Source: Nitrospinaceae bacterium (GTDB lineage Bacteria; Nitrospinota; Nitrospinia; Nitrospinales; VA-1). From it: a DNA stretch of 48,219 bases. Numbering within the stretch: the first letter of the stretch is position 1; the number at the start of each line of letters is the position of its first letter. The stretch is from positions 1-48,219 of the forward strand of contig JBHHVU010000020.1 in NCBI GenBank assembly GCA_046754465.1, given 5' to 3'. The notes under the pieces are model-generated. The model had not been told where the DNA came from and ran no database searches. It worked only from the letters and a program-made list of their open reading frames with translations. A program made the translations under genes and the position numbers. Positions 31,372 through 41,292 of this stretch are shown here, piece by piece.

Positions 31372-31614
31372 ATGAATACTTCCAAAGCAAGATTTTGTAT
31401 CGGGCAACTCATCCACCACAAACTGTTCAACTACCATGGCGTCATCGTGGGTGTGGATCTTGAATATAAGAATACGGAAGAATGGTACGAAACCATGGCC
31501 CGCACCCGGCCGCCCAAGGATAAACCCTGGTATCACGTCCGTGTCCACAATGGGAATCGTTTGACTTATGTGGCCGAACGCAACCTGGAACCGGATGAGA
31601 TCGTATTGAATTGA
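31372..31614 (+). CDS. hspQ: Heat shock protein HspQ / YccV-like domain
   Basis: FCIGQLIHHKLFNYHGVIVGVD, KPWYHV and YVAERNL motifs. Confidence 0.88.
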   Translation: MNTSKARFCIGQLIHHKLFNYHGVIVGVDLEYKNTEEWYETMARTRPPKDKPWYHVRVHNGNRLTYVAERNLEPDEIVLN

Positions 31615-31936
31615 ATCCCCCGCCCGGCATTGAGGCCGGCGGTTGGCCCGGAAAAGGGTGGGTGAAGGTGGGTTTTGTTGGATCAAATTGGAAATTTTGG
31701 GTACAATGGCTCTCGCCCGCAGTTTTTCCTTCCGCACCCAGAAGCGGACGATACCCTGTTTCCCAGACAGGGAGCCATGGAGGAATAGTCGTTTTGCCCT
31801 GCATTTAGGAATAGCATTTTATCGTGGCGGTTTTCTTGAAAACCTGGAGGTGTTGACTGAACTGAAGATTAAATTTTGCTGAATTGACCCCCGCGGGCGG
31901 GAACAAACCGCCTGAAAATAAATCCGGAGGAGGAGA

Positions 31937-32983
31937 GTGATGAAGGGTTTGAGGTGGGTTCTTTTGGCGGGAGTCCTGTTAGGAATCCCCGCCCATTCGG
32001 TGGCGGATGCTCTTGGAGGACTCGCAGCCTTTGGAAAAAGAAATTATAACCAGGCGTTTAAAGAAGTTCTGCCCCTGGCCCAGAATGGCAATGCCGATGC
32101 GCAAAACGCCTTGGCGATTTTGTATGAAAAAGGCCAAGGGGTTCCGGCCGATTCCAGGGAAGCCTTGAAATGGTTTCGCCGGGCCGCGTATCAGGGCCAC
32201 GCCGGGGCGCAAAATTCTCTGGGTATTCTGTACGACAAGGGGCGGGGAGTTTCCTCGGACTACGCTGAGGCGTTCAAATGGTATCGTTTGGCGGCCAAAC
32301 AGGGCAACCCCCTGGCGCAAAACAACCTGGGCGCGATGTACACTTTTGGAAGGGGAGTTCCCAGAAATTATACCGAAGCGATGAAATGGTACTTGCGCTC
32401 CGCGAAACAGGGTAATGCCCAGGCGCAAAACAGCCTGGGGGCGATGTTCCAATTCGGATTGGGTCTGCCGCGCGATTACCAGAAAGCCCTGAAGTGGTAT
32501 TCGCGGTCGGCGGACCAGGGAGATGCCTTTGCCCAGAACAACCTGGGAGAAATGTATTTTCAGGGACTCGGGGTTCGCAGGGATTACATGGAAGCGTTCA
32601 AATGGTTCCGGCTTGCCGCGGAGCAGGGAAATGACTTTGCCCAGGACAACCTTGGCGGAATGTATTTGAGAGGCCAGGGGGTCGCCAAAAACAACCGGGA
32701 AGCCCTGAATTGGTACCAGAAGGCCGCCGAACAAGGGAACGCCCATGCCCAAATTAAACTGGGTTTTATATTTGTAAACGGACTGGGTGTGCCCCAGGAT
32801 TATGTCCGCGCCTATATGTGGTTCAATGTGGCGGGAAGGAGCGGCTATGAAGGGGCCTTCAATAAAAGAAATATCATTGCTTCCAGAATGACCCCAGGGG
32901 AAATTGAATTGGCCCTGGAAATGGCCAGAAACTGGAAATCCAAATCAAAAGAATACCCATACCGGGAAGATTTCTACCCTTGA
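31937..32983 (+). CDS. Secreted Sel1-like repeat protein (7 repeats of 36 aa)
   Basis: Signal peptide. Repeats AQxxLGxxYxxGxGVxxDxxEAxKWYxxAAxQG. GGAGGAG RBS. Confidence 0.93.
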   Translation: MMKGLRWVLLAGVLLGIPAHSVADALGGLAAFGKRNYNQAFKEVLPLAQNGNADAQNALAILYEKGQGVPADSREALKWFRRAAYQGHAGAQNSLGILYDKGRGVSSDYAEAFKWYRLAAKQGNPLAQNNLGAMYTFGRGVPRNYTEAMKWYLRSAKQGNAQAQNSLGAMFQFGLGLPRDYQKALKWYSRSADQGDAFAQNNLGEMYFQGLGVRRDYMEAFKWFRLAAEQGNDFAQDNLGGMYLRGQGVAKNNREALNWYQKAAEQGNAHAQIKLGFIFVNGLGVPQDYVRAYMWFNVAGRSGYEGAFNKRNIIASRMTPGEIELALEMARNWKSKSKEYPYREDFYP

Positions 32984-33038
32984 TGGGGCCTAAGGATTGA
33001 TGCCCATGTTGGAAAAGGGGAGCCATCCGTAAAAACCT

Positions 33039-33413
33039 ATGGACCGGGCGGAATTTGAAAAGTTGTGGTCTATCGGTAATCTGAAGATTCATATCGACGA
33101 CAAAAAGGCCTTTCGAGCGGTGAGACAAGGCCTCGTCGGAAGGAAATATTATCGTTCCTTTATTGTTTGGAGCGTGATTTGTCTTGCCGGGTGCGTGGCG
33201 GGAGTTTTGATCATGCTTCCGGCGGAATTTCATTTCAGCCCGAAAGGATTCGGTTTCTCCTGGTGGGGCGTCCTGCTCTTTGTGCTTTCCTGCACGATCC
33301 CTTGGACCATGATGACAAGAGCTGCCCAGGCGGTTCGGAATAAATTGATCCGCGATGCGGAATTTTATTCCCTGGCCCGAGAGATGGAAATTTTTACCTT
33401 AGAGGAATATTGA
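33039..33413 (+). CDS. Hypothetical 2-TM membrane protein
   Basis: 124-aa ORF with two hydrophobic helices. Confidence 0.7.
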   Translation: MDRAEFEKLWSIGNLKIHIDDKKAFRAVRQGLVGRKYYRSFIVWSVICLAGCVAGVLIMLPAEFHFSPKGFGFSWWGVLLFVLSCTIPWTMMTRAAQAVRNKLIRDAEFYSLAREMEIFTLEEY

Positions 33414-33552
33414 TGCGTTTGGCCCCCCCACCCGGCCGGTAATCCATCGGGCCGCTTGCGGTTACTCCTTTTTGGCCTTGAGCCGCCTTATTCCGGTAAA
33501 AACAAAAAGATTTTCGACCCTCGGAATTTCGATTCCATTCTTTTGAGAAGGC

Positions 33553-34569
33553 ATGAAAAAAAAGAAACACCTGATCGTGCCGATTTTTATTCCCAATCAG
33601 GGTTGCCCCTACCGATGTGTGTTTTGTAATCAGACGGGAGTGACCGGGGTCCATCGAAAAGCGGAGGAGGATGGAGTTCTCCGCACGCTTCGAATTTATC
33701 TCGAATCCCTGCCGCCGGATCGTTTGCCCCCTCGCCGTGAGGTGGCGTTTTACGGCGGCAGTTTTACGGGGTTGCCGGCGCCGCAGCAAACATATCTATT
33801 GGACCTTGTCCAGCCCTGGGTGGACAGCGGAAAGGTTCACACCATCCGCCTTTCCACCCACAGTTTGTTTATTGATCCATCACGGCTAGCCCTGCTGAAA
33901 CGGTATACCGTGGAGACCATCGAACTGGGGGTGCAATCCACCGGCCTGGCGGTCCTCGCCCTTTCCGGCCGGCCCTGTCCCCTGGAATCCGTTCAGCGGG
34001 CCGTGGGACTGATCCGGAAAAATAATTTCCGTCTCGGGTTGCAGTTGATGCCGGGGTTGCCCGGAGATAGTGAAAGGACCTTTCAAAAATCCGTGGAAGA
34101 CACCCTGAGGTTGCGGCCCGATTTTGTTCGGTTGTATCCCACCCTGGTGATCCGGCATACCCGGTTGCATCGGATGTACCTTGAGAAAAAATTTCACCCC
34201 TGGAGTCTGGAGCGGACGATTGAAGCGCTTAAAACGGCCGTCGAAAAATTCAGCCGGGCGGGGATTCCCGTGGTGCGGATCGGACTCCATCCCGATCCGG
34301 CATTGTTGGCGAACCTGGTGGAAGGCCCTTTCCATCCTGCCCTGCGTTACCTGGTGGACTGCAGGCTTGGATTGGATCGGATGGTTGAGAAACTCCGGGA
34401 TCTCCGGGAGGGTTCTGATGAGGTCATATTTAAAGTTCCAATAAATTCCGTTTCTATTTATACTGGTCCCCGCCGTGAAAATATCCACCGTCTTGAGGAA
34501 ATGTTTCCGGGTATAAAGGTGAAATTGCAATCCGAAAAACATTTGCAGGCGCTGGAACTGGTGGTTTGA
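33553..34569 (+). CDS. Radical SAM protein (Elp3/YhcC-like)
   Basis: GCPYRCVFCNQ, VAFYGGSFT, IELGVQS, QLMPGLPGD and RLYPT motifs. Confidence 0.9.
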   Translation: MKKKKHLIVPIFIPNQGCPYRCVFCNQTGVTGVHRKAEEDGVLRTLRIYLESLPPDRLPPRREVAFYGGSFTGLPAPQQTYLLDLVQPWVDSGKVHTIRLSTHSLFIDPSRLALLKRYTVETIELGVQSTGLAVLALSGRPCPLESVQRAVGLIRKNNFRLGLQLMPGLPGDSERTFQKSVEDTLRLRPDFVRLYPTLVIRHTRLHRMYLEKKFHPWSLERTIEALKTAVEKFSRAGIPVVRIGLHPDPALLANLVEGPFHPALRYLVDCRLGLDRMVEKLRDLREGSDEVIFKVPINSVSIYTGPRRENIHRLEEMFPGIKVKLQSEKHLQALELVV

Positions 34570-34614
34570 TTGATACTTCTGGAATAAAACAATTTTTGAA
34601 AGGGTGAAATAACC

Positions 34615-34899
34615 ATGGTGACGATTGGAATGAATTACAAGATGATTCCCGGCAAGGAAAAAATCTTTGAAAACGCCTTTGCCAACGTTTTGAAAGTCAT
34701 GGATGAAATGGAGGGTCATTCCAAATCATTTCTTTATCGAGATGTCAGCGATCCGCAATCCTATTTGATCGTTTCTGAATGGAGTTCCGAGGATGCGTTT
34801 AACGGGTTCATCCAGTCTGAAAAATTCAAGAATGTGGTCAACTGGGGCAAGGAAAATATCCTGGCGGGGCGGCCCGTCCATACGGTTTATAAGCATTGA
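34615..34899 (+). CDS. Antibiotic biosynthesis monooxygenase (ABM) family protein
   Basis: Ferredoxin-like ABM pattern PGKE..FE..F...GH....LY......YLIVSEW.SEDAF. Confidence 0.85.
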   Translation: MVTIGMNYKMIPGKEKIFENAFANVLKVMDEMEGHSKSFLYRDVSDPQSYLIVSEWSSEDAFNGFIQSEKFKNVVNWGKENILAGRPVHTVYKH

Positions 34900-35020
34900 G
34901 GCGGAGGGTCCGGGAAGGAAAAGGAGTTGCCGGGAAAACCGCCGATCCGCGGGGCCGGCGGAAAAATGGTTGATCGCGATTCCGCGGGTTGGGCCGCGGG
35001 CTTCTTCCTGGAATTATAAT

Positions 35021-35233
35021 TCAGAAATCTTCTTTGGGATTATATTCATACTCTCCTTTCTTGATACTTCTTACAAGTTTCTTGTGAAAGAGTTCCGTGT
35101 CGTGGGGAAGGTGATCTTCGACGCGCCAGCGGACTTTTACAACTTTTCCATTTGGGTGATCGAAAATTTGAGTGATTTCCCCGGTGTTTCTTGAAAGCGG
35201 TTCAAATAGGGTGTCGCCGATTTTCAGTTTCAT
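35021..35233 (-). CDS. Hypothetical protein (small beta-rich, possibly SH3-like)
   Basis: 70-aa ATG ORF filling the intergenic gap. KIGD...G.I....VKVRW pattern. Confidence 0.6.
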   Translation of the reverse strand: MKLKIGDTLFEPLSRNTGEITQIFDHPNGKVVKVRWRVEDHLPHDTELFHKKLVRSIKKGEYEYNPKEDF

Positions 35234-35397
35234 GAATTTTACCGTGATAGAAAATGGTTCCGGTATTTTTTGACAAGAATGATTTGTTATGATTTTTATT
35301 ATACCCCGGAAATAGGGAATTCCTTTATAGAGGCTTTAAAATTGGTTTTAAAAAATTAGGTCCGTTATGACTTCAACAGGTTGTGGAGGAAGAGTTT

Positions 35398-35655
35398 ATG
35401 CTGGATTATATCGTCTTGTCACCCATGTACCCGACCATGACGTCCGGAAAAGTGGACAAATATCTTGTCAAACAGGGAGATAAAGTAGTTAAGGGCATGG
35501 CGGTGGCGGAAGTTATCTCGGAAGGTTATTTTACTCTATTGTCGGAAATAAATGGCCGGGTCAAGGAGTTTTACGTGTTGGAGGGGGAATATGTGGAGGT
35601 GGAAACCCCTCTGATCGAGGTGGAGGTGCAGGAAGCGGAGGCCGAGAGGGAATGA
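35398..35655 (+). CDS. Stand-alone biotin/lipoyl-attachment-fold protein lacking the acceptor lysine
   Basis: PTMTSGKVDKYLVKQGDKV..G..VAEV...G.V....V.EGE.V....PL. GGAGG RBS before ATG 35398. Confidence 0.8.
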   Translation: MLDYIVLSPMYPTMTSGKVDKYLVKQGDKVVKGMAVAEVISEGYFTLLSEINGRVKEFYVLEGEYVEVETPLIEVEVQEAEAERE

Positions 35656-35668
35656 CAGGGACAAGATT

Positions 35669-37021
35669 TCAGGTGAACGAGTAAACAAAGCCCGCGGTGC
35701 TCAAGTAAACCAACAGGCCGATAATATCGTTGGCCCCGGTTACAATGGGGCCGGCGCTAATGGCGGGATCGATTCCCATTTTGAGGAAGATGATCGGCGT
35801 CAAGGAACCGATCACGCTGGAAATCCCGACCGCGAGAATAATTCCCATTCCCACCGTTAAGCCGAGAAGTGGATTCGTGTGAATCAGGGGCTGGGATATG
35901 AGGGTGATAAATATTCCGCATAACGTTCCGAAAATGAGTCCGTTCGAAATCCCCACGAGTAATTCGCTTTTGACCACGGTTTTGATGTTATCCGACTGAA
36001 TATCGCCCGTGGCCATTCCGCGCACGATGACGGTGGCTCCCTGGATAGCCACGTTTCCCGCCAGTCCGATCACAAAAGGAATAAAGAGTATTATCGCGGC
36101 GAAATCGGAAAGAGTATTCTTGAAGGCGCCCAGAACGGTAGCGCTGATCAGTCCTCCAATAAAAGTGGTGAACAACCAGGGAGCCCGCGCCCTTATTTTG
36201 CGGATGGTTTTTTTGGCAAACGGGTCCACGGTATCGGTTCCCACCATGGTGAATATGTCTTCGCTGGCGATATCCTGCATGGCGCGTATGACGTCATCGA
36301 AGGTGACAACGCCTTGGATGACGTTGTTTTGGTCGACTACCGGGATGGAACTCAAATGTTCGTGGTCCATCAGGTTCGCCACTTTTTCGCAAGGATCGTT
36401 CAGAAGGACCTTGGGAGGTTTCTGGCGCATGAATTCGGTGGGACGGGCGATGACGGGAACGTTCAGCAAGTCTCTCAATTTAAAAAAGCCCAGCAGTTGG
36501 TCTCCGCGGTTAACGACATAAAAGTAGGGTGGGGTGTCCTGGTTCCGTTCCCTTTTGAGTTTCAGCAGAATGTCGGCGGCGGTCTGGTTTTCCCAGACTT
36601 TATTGAAGTTGAGTTCCATCAATCCACCGGCGGTTTCTTCCCCGTAGGTTATGAGGTCCTTGATGATTCCGGCGTCCTTCGGAGGCATTTTTTCAAGGAT
36701 TTCTTCCCGGTTTTCTTCGGGGAGTTCCTGAAGGATGTCAGTGACTTCATCTTCGGCCATTCCCTTGAACAGTTTGGCCAGGTCCTCCCGATCCAGGGAA
36801 TCCTGAATCTCCCGGCGGCTATCCGGGTCCATTTCATAGAGAAGCTCCTGGCGTTTCCTTTCGGAATCGAGCAGGTGGAATATCTTGATTTTTTCATCGG
36901 GGGAAAACTCGTGGAGACGGCGGGAGATTTCGAAATGATCCGTTTCGTTCAACCGGGAACGAAGCTCATCCTTGGAAAGGCTGGAATCCTGAAAAAGGGC
37001 TTTTATTTTTTCAACCGGCAT
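35669..37021 (-). CDS. mgtE: Magnesium transporter MgtE
   Basis: MgtE_N domain, CBS pair (TAGGLM, GVVTFDD), RAPWL, AGNVAIQ and DPAISAGP..T..ND motifs. Confidence 0.96.
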   Translation of the reverse strand: MPVEKIKALFQDSSLSKDELRSRLNETDHFEISRRLHEFSPDEKIKIFHLLDSERKRQELLYEMDPDSRREIQDSLDREDLAKLFKGMAEDEVTDILQELPEENREEILEKMPPKDAGIIKDLITYGEETAGGLMELNFNKVWENQTAADILLKLKRERNQDTPPYFYVVNRGDQLLGFFKLRDLLNVPVIARPTEFMRQKPPKVLLNDPCEKVANLMDHEHLSSIPVVDQNNVIQGVVTFDDVIRAMQDIASEDIFTMVGTDTVDPFAKKTIRKIRARAPWLFTTFIGGLISATVLGAFKNTLSDFAAIILFIPFVIGLAGNVAIQGATVIVRGMATGDIQSDNIKTVVKSELLVGISNGLIFGTLCGIFITLISQPLIHTNPLLGLTVGMGIILAVGISSVIGSLTPIIFLKMGIDPAISAGPIVTGANDIIGLLVYLSTAGFVYSFT

Positions 37022-37112
37022 GAATTTTCTGCTACCATCTTCAGTGGAAATGGATCATTTTATACCATTTCAATGAGGTTATTGTATGAACTTTCTTTTT
37101 TCGTGAGGCGAC

Positions 37113-37352
37113 ATGGTTCTCAATATTTCGCATAAAGACAAAATCAAGTATCAGGAAAGCCTGAAACCCAGGAAAACCCGGGCCCGAACCAAGCGGACCT
37201 CCCTGCTTTCCGAAAAATCGAAAAACCAGGCGTTCAAGCAATTTGCCAAAATTGGTGTTTGCGAGTCCGGTTCGGAGGTTCAGGTGGACGAGCATATGAA
37301 AATGAATGACAATTATATGCGCACCGGTCCCTACCGGCCAAAGAAAAAATAG
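37113..37352 (+). CDS. Hypothetical basic protein
   Basis: 79-aa Lys/Arg-rich ORF with a GAGG RBS. Confidence 0.5.
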   Translation: MVLNISHKDKIKYQESLKPRKTRARTKRTSLLSEKSKNQAFKQFAKIGVCESGSEVQVDEHMKMNDNYMRTGPYRPKKK

Positions 37353-37410
37353 TAACGGAGGTCATCCTGATTGACCATCGGCCGGATGCGGGCTTGGTTG
37401 CGTTTTTTGC

Positions 37411-39192
37411 TTAAAGCATCTGGGAAACCGGGCGCCCCGGCTGTGAGGGTGCGGGGGAGTGATGATCGGGAGGGGGTGCGCCGCCGTGTTCCCCCCCCTC
37501 CGGCGATGCCGCGGCGTTATGGGATTCGGATTCGTATTTTTGTTGATAGATTTTATAGACCTGCCCTTGAATAAATAGGTCCACCAGATCGGGGTCCAGG
37601 TGCTCCTCTTCCACCATGGATCGAAGAATTTGATGCACCTTTTCCAGAGGCATGGCTTTTTTGTAAGGGCGGTCGGAAGAGGTGAGGGCTTCCGCTATGT
37701 CCGTCACCGCCATTAATTTGCCTTCAAAGGGGATCTCATCGGCTTTCAATCCCAACGGGTAACCCGTTCCGTTCAGGCATTCATGGTGTGCCCCGGCGAA
37801 ATGAGGAATATTTTTAAACTTTTTTGTAAACGGGATCTGGTTCAGCATTTTTAACGTGATGTAAGCGTGTTCTTTCATTTTTTCCCGTTCTGCTTCCGTG
37901 ATGCTTCCCTTCCGGATGGAGAGGTTTTCCAGCTCCTCTTCCGTGATAAACGGTTTTTTCATCCCATCTTCATCGATATAGGTTCTCTGGGCGATGGCTT
38001 TTAAGCGCTGGATATTTTCCTCCTCGAGAAACTCTTCCGGTTCGTTGCAATGATTCAGGAAATTCCGGATGTCCATCAGTTCGTCCAATTTGTTTTGCGT
38101 TTCGAGGTCGATCCTTAAAAGCTCTTCCTGGGAGACCTGGTTTTTCATCGAATCTAATTTCTTTTGCAACCCTACGTTTTTTTCCTTTTCCATCAAATAG
38201 GCGAAGCGCAGATTAACATGGTGGATGCGATCGAAAATGGTTTGCAGCTTTTTTGCCTTTTCAATGATTTCGACGGGGGTGGTCACCTTACCAATATCGT
38301 GCATCCAGGCGGCGATGCGCAATTCATGCATTTTGTCCTGGTCAAAATAAAGGTCCTTGAAATACCCAGACGTTTGCTGATTGATTACCTCGGCCATGGT
38401 GAGGGTCAGGTTGGCTACCCGCCGGATGTGCCCTCCCGTCACGGGTGATTTTTCGTCGATCGCCGTTGCCATCACCTTGACGAAAGCCTCGAACAGGGTT
38501 TCCATATCGTTGATCAGCTTCACATTGGAGATCGCTATCGCCGCCTGCGAGGCGAGCGATTCCGTAAGATTTTCATAATCCGGTGAAAAGGAAATGACTT
38601 CATTGGTATCCGGATTTTTGGCGTTGAGAAGTTGCAGAACCCCAATCACATCGTTTTCGTGGTTCCTCATCACCACCACCATCATGGATTTGGACCGGTA
38701 ACCGGTTTCCCGGTCGAAACGTTTCGGCCCGGTAAAGTCGAATAAGGCTGTGTCGTAAACATCCGGAATATTGACCGTGGTGCCGTTCAGGGCGACGAAG
38801 GCGGACACGTTGGATTCTTTCAGTTCCACCGGCGGGAAGGGAATGGTCTCTCCGGTTTTGCCGCCCATGCGGATGTTCAGGCTGTCGTTTTGGACGATCA
38901 TGAACCGGAGTTTATCCCCCTCTTTGATATACAGGGTTCCGGCATCCGCGTTCGTAAAACTGCGCGCCTGGTCCACGATCATTTCCAGCAGCACATTCAG
39001 GTCGTATATCCCGGACAGGGCTCGGCCGATATCCGACAACTTGCGGATGTGAAAATGCAGCCGATCGGCATATTCCCTCACGTTTTGGACAACGCTTTCC
39101 AAAAGGTTGTTCAATACCTTGTCCTGCGGCATGATGTTTTCGGGAGACAAGGGATTCGGGGAATTTAATACACAGGCTTGAGATTTTTTCAT
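37411..39192 (-). CDS. GAF + HD-GYP phosphodiesterase
   Basis: GAF domain (NADAGTLY, GYRSKSM, IGVLQLLN). GHIRRV, MHDIGK, HHECLNGTGYP and DIAEALTSSDRPYK. Alternative start at 39132. Confidence 0.93.
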   Translation of the reverse strand: MKKSQACVLNSPNPLSPENIMPQDKVLNNLLESVVQNVREYADRLHFHIRKLSDIGRALSGIYDLNVLLEMIVDQARSFTNADAGTLYIKEGDKLRFMIVQNDSLNIRMGGKTGETIPFPPVELKESNVSAFVALNGTTVNIPDVYDTALFDFTGPKRFDRETGYRSKSMMVVVMRNHENDVIGVLQLLNAKNPDTNEVISFSPDYENLTESLASQAAIAISNVKLINDMETLFEAFVKVMATAIDEKSPVTGGHIRRVANLTLTMAEVINQQTSGYFKDLYFDQDKMHELRIAAWMHDIGKVTTPVEIIEKAKKLQTIFDRIHHVNLRFAYLMEKEKNVGLQKKLDSMKNQVSQEELLRIDLETQNKLDELMDIRNFLNHCNEPEEFLEEENIQRLKAIAQRTYIDEDGMKKPFITEEELENLSIRKGSITEAEREKMKEHAYITLKMLNQIPFTKKFKNIPHFAGAHHECLNGTGYPLGLKADEIPFEGKLMAVTDIAEALTSSDRPYKKAMPLEKVHQILRSMVEEEHLDPDLVDLFIQGQVYKIYQQKYESESHNAAASPEGGEHGGAPPPDHHSPAPSQPGRPVSQML

Positions 39193-39410
39193 GAAATGTC
39201 CAATCAGAATTTCCTTCCGAGGCCGGGTTTTTCCCCTCGGCCAGCGGATGGATGGGTGCCCATATTAAGTGGATTGGGTATGTGTTGAATTATAGAACAA
39301 AAAGCCGAGGAAATCCATAACCCACTGAAATTTAAAGATTAAATCGGGTTTCCAGGTGACGAGAACCCTTGAGTTCGCGGGAGTTATGTTTCCTGAAAGA
39401 GGTGAAATTT

Positions 39411-40214
39411 TTACAGATAATCTTTAAGGAGCAGGGGTTGGTCGGTATGCCAGATTTTCTTTCCGCATACGTTGACGAAGATGGGATGTTCCGTGCGGAA
39501 CAATTCCAGGTGGGCTCGGTAAAGGTCTTCCTGGGTGGTTCTTGAATCGCCGTAGGTTTCTTTCTCCTCTTTAAATATTCCTTCCTCGAACCGTTTAATC
39601 CCTTCACTGGAAGGGACGTTCTCGAAATATGACCGCAACAGAGGGTCCTTGAGATTCTCGGGCCGTTTGGCCATCTTTCGCAGCAGCAGTTTGATGCCTC
39701 GCGAGGAAGGGGATTGGAAGAGGCCGGCCCGGATACAGGCGTGATTCGATTTTCCGGGTTCCACGGCCCATTTTTCGATGGCTTCCTTGGAGTACCCCAT
39801 GGCTCCGTAGGTGCACAGTTGATGTCGGATAACGTAAAAAGTCGAGTAGGCCACGATGGTTTGAATGTCCAGGGCCTGTTCTAAAACCAGGATAGGGTCA
39901 AACGATAAACGGTTGGAATTGGCGATTTGTTCAGGCGTCGCATCCTGGATGGGTAAACCCACGTCGCCCAGTGCGGTCGCATAAAACATAAAATCGATTT
40001 TTCCGGAGAAGGAGGATTTGATTTTTTCAATACATTCCGGATCGGTAATGTCACCGAAAATGGTTTGATTCACATGTTCAATTTTGAAACCGGGAATCTC
40101 TTTGCCATACCAATTGGCAACGATGACAGCCTCATCACCGAATGTTTCTCGAACGGCTTGGATGGCCGCCTGCCCCATCACGCCGGTCCCCCCTATAACT
40201 AAGAAATTTCCCAT
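39411..40214 (-). CDS. Divergent SDR/Rossmann oxidoreductase, FabI-like motif
   Basis: GGTGVMG nucleotide-binding loop, YGAMGYSK (YxxMxxxK), and IRAGLFQSPSSRGI. GGAG RBS. Confidence 0.65.
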   Translation of the reverse strand: MGNFLVIGGTGVMGQAAIQAVRETFGDEAVIVANWYGKEIPGFKIEHVNQTIFGDITDPECIEKIKSSFSGKIDFMFYATALGDVGLPIQDATPEQIANSNRLSFDPILVLEQALDIQTIVAYSTFYVIRHQLCTYGAMGYSKEAIEKWAVEPGKSNHACIRAGLFQSPSSRGIKLLLRKMAKRPENLKDPLLRSYFENVPSSEGIKRFEEGIFKEEKETYGDSRTTQEDLYRAHLELFRTEHPIFVNVCGKKIWHTDQPLLLKDYL

Positions 40215-40271
40215 TTTGGATTCTCCAGAATCGTTTTTGACTGGGTACAGGTTCTGATGTGGGTGACTGCC

Positions 40272-40955
40272 CTAGGATCCCCCATAATTTTCATCGACAT
40301 CCCAAAAGGGAATCCTGGAATTTTCATTGATGGCCAATGACATATAAGCGTCGTTGGCAAGAAATTGATCGATGTCTCTGCTCAGGGTCACGGTTTCTTG
40401 CAGGACGGGATTGGCTGAGTCTTTTTCCTCCAATTCCCTGGACAAATCCTGGTATTTTCTCAGATAAGATTTGGAGTCTGTTATCGTTTTTTTCACCCGC
40501 TCAAAATCCAGCTTTCTTGCCGTTATTGTTTGTGCGTATCGGGTGTATTCAAACCATCGCTTGATCTCGGCTTCGGGTTTTCCCTGAATTATCAGTTCTT
40601 TTGAAAATGTTGTTTTCCCCTTTTCAGCCAAACTTTCGGTAACATATCGGGCCAGTTCGTTCAACGGCACCCCGTCGCGGGTGTCACAAAGGTACTTCAG
40701 GGTCAGAATGATCTTGTTAATTTTGGAATCGAGTTGAATGGCCTCGCTGGAATGAGAACGGAGTGCCGGCGACCGCTGGAACAAGGCCCAGATTCCACCC
40801 ACGGAATCCACGTCATCCCTTTGCCGCTCCAGGGGACTCACAAGGTTCGTGCAGGGATTGCCGGGGGGCTGGGCGGGGGAGGGGAGTGCCGCGAATAAAA
40901 CCGTGTAAACAGTAACCAATGAAAAAAAAACTGATTTCGAGATCTTAATTTCCAC
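40272..40955 (-). CDS. Hypothetical secreted helical protein
   Basis: N-terminal signal peptide and two Cys (possible disulfide). Overlaps the upstream lipoprotein gene. Confidence 0.7.
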   Translation of the reverse strand: MEIKISKSVFFSLVTVYTVLFAALPSPAQPPGNPCTNLVSPLERQRDDVDSVGGIWALFQRSPALRSHSSEAIQLDSKINKIILTLKYLCDTRDGVPLNELARYVTESLAEKGKTTFSKELIIQGKPEAEIKRWFEYTRYAQTITARKLDFERVKKTITDSKSYLRKYQDLSRELEEKDSANPVLQETVTLSRDIDQFLANDAYMSLAINENSRIPFWDVDENYGGS

Positions 40956-41193
40956 TTAAATGAGATTCCGACTCTGTGAGCGGGCTAACACCGGAGATGT
41001 GGTTATCCGCCAGATTCGAGGGAGAGGGTGCCGACGTGTCCGGTGTATTCTTGTTCCCGCTCATATGCTGTTCCTGATTTAGCTTGCCCGCGGGGGAAGA
41101 GGAAGCCGCGGGTTGATCTTGTCCCTGTTGTCCAGAACAGCCGAAGACGGTCAGCAGGCTCAGGGCGATAACAATTCCTAGAATTTTGTGCAT
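40945..41193 (-). CDS. Small low-complexity lipoprotein
   Basis: MHKILGIVIALSLLTVFGC lipobox followed by a Ser/Pro/Gln-rich tail. GGAGG RBS. Confidence 0.65.
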   Translation of the reverse strand: MHKILGIVIALSLLTVFGCSGQQGQDQPAASSSPAGKLNQEQHMSGNKNTPDTSAPSPSNLADNHISGVSPLTESESHLSGN

Positions 41194-41292
41194 CAGAATT
41201 TTCCTCCGGCCCGGAATTTTGTTAAATCTATACTGCAAAATGCTTCAAGTCAATGGTTTTTACGGCGGCTGGACCCACGTGGAAAAACGGTA

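Noticed and set aside
31611..31882. Short ORFs between hspQ and the Sel1 gene
   Set aside because: No RBS or recognisable motif, and the overlapping frames conflict.
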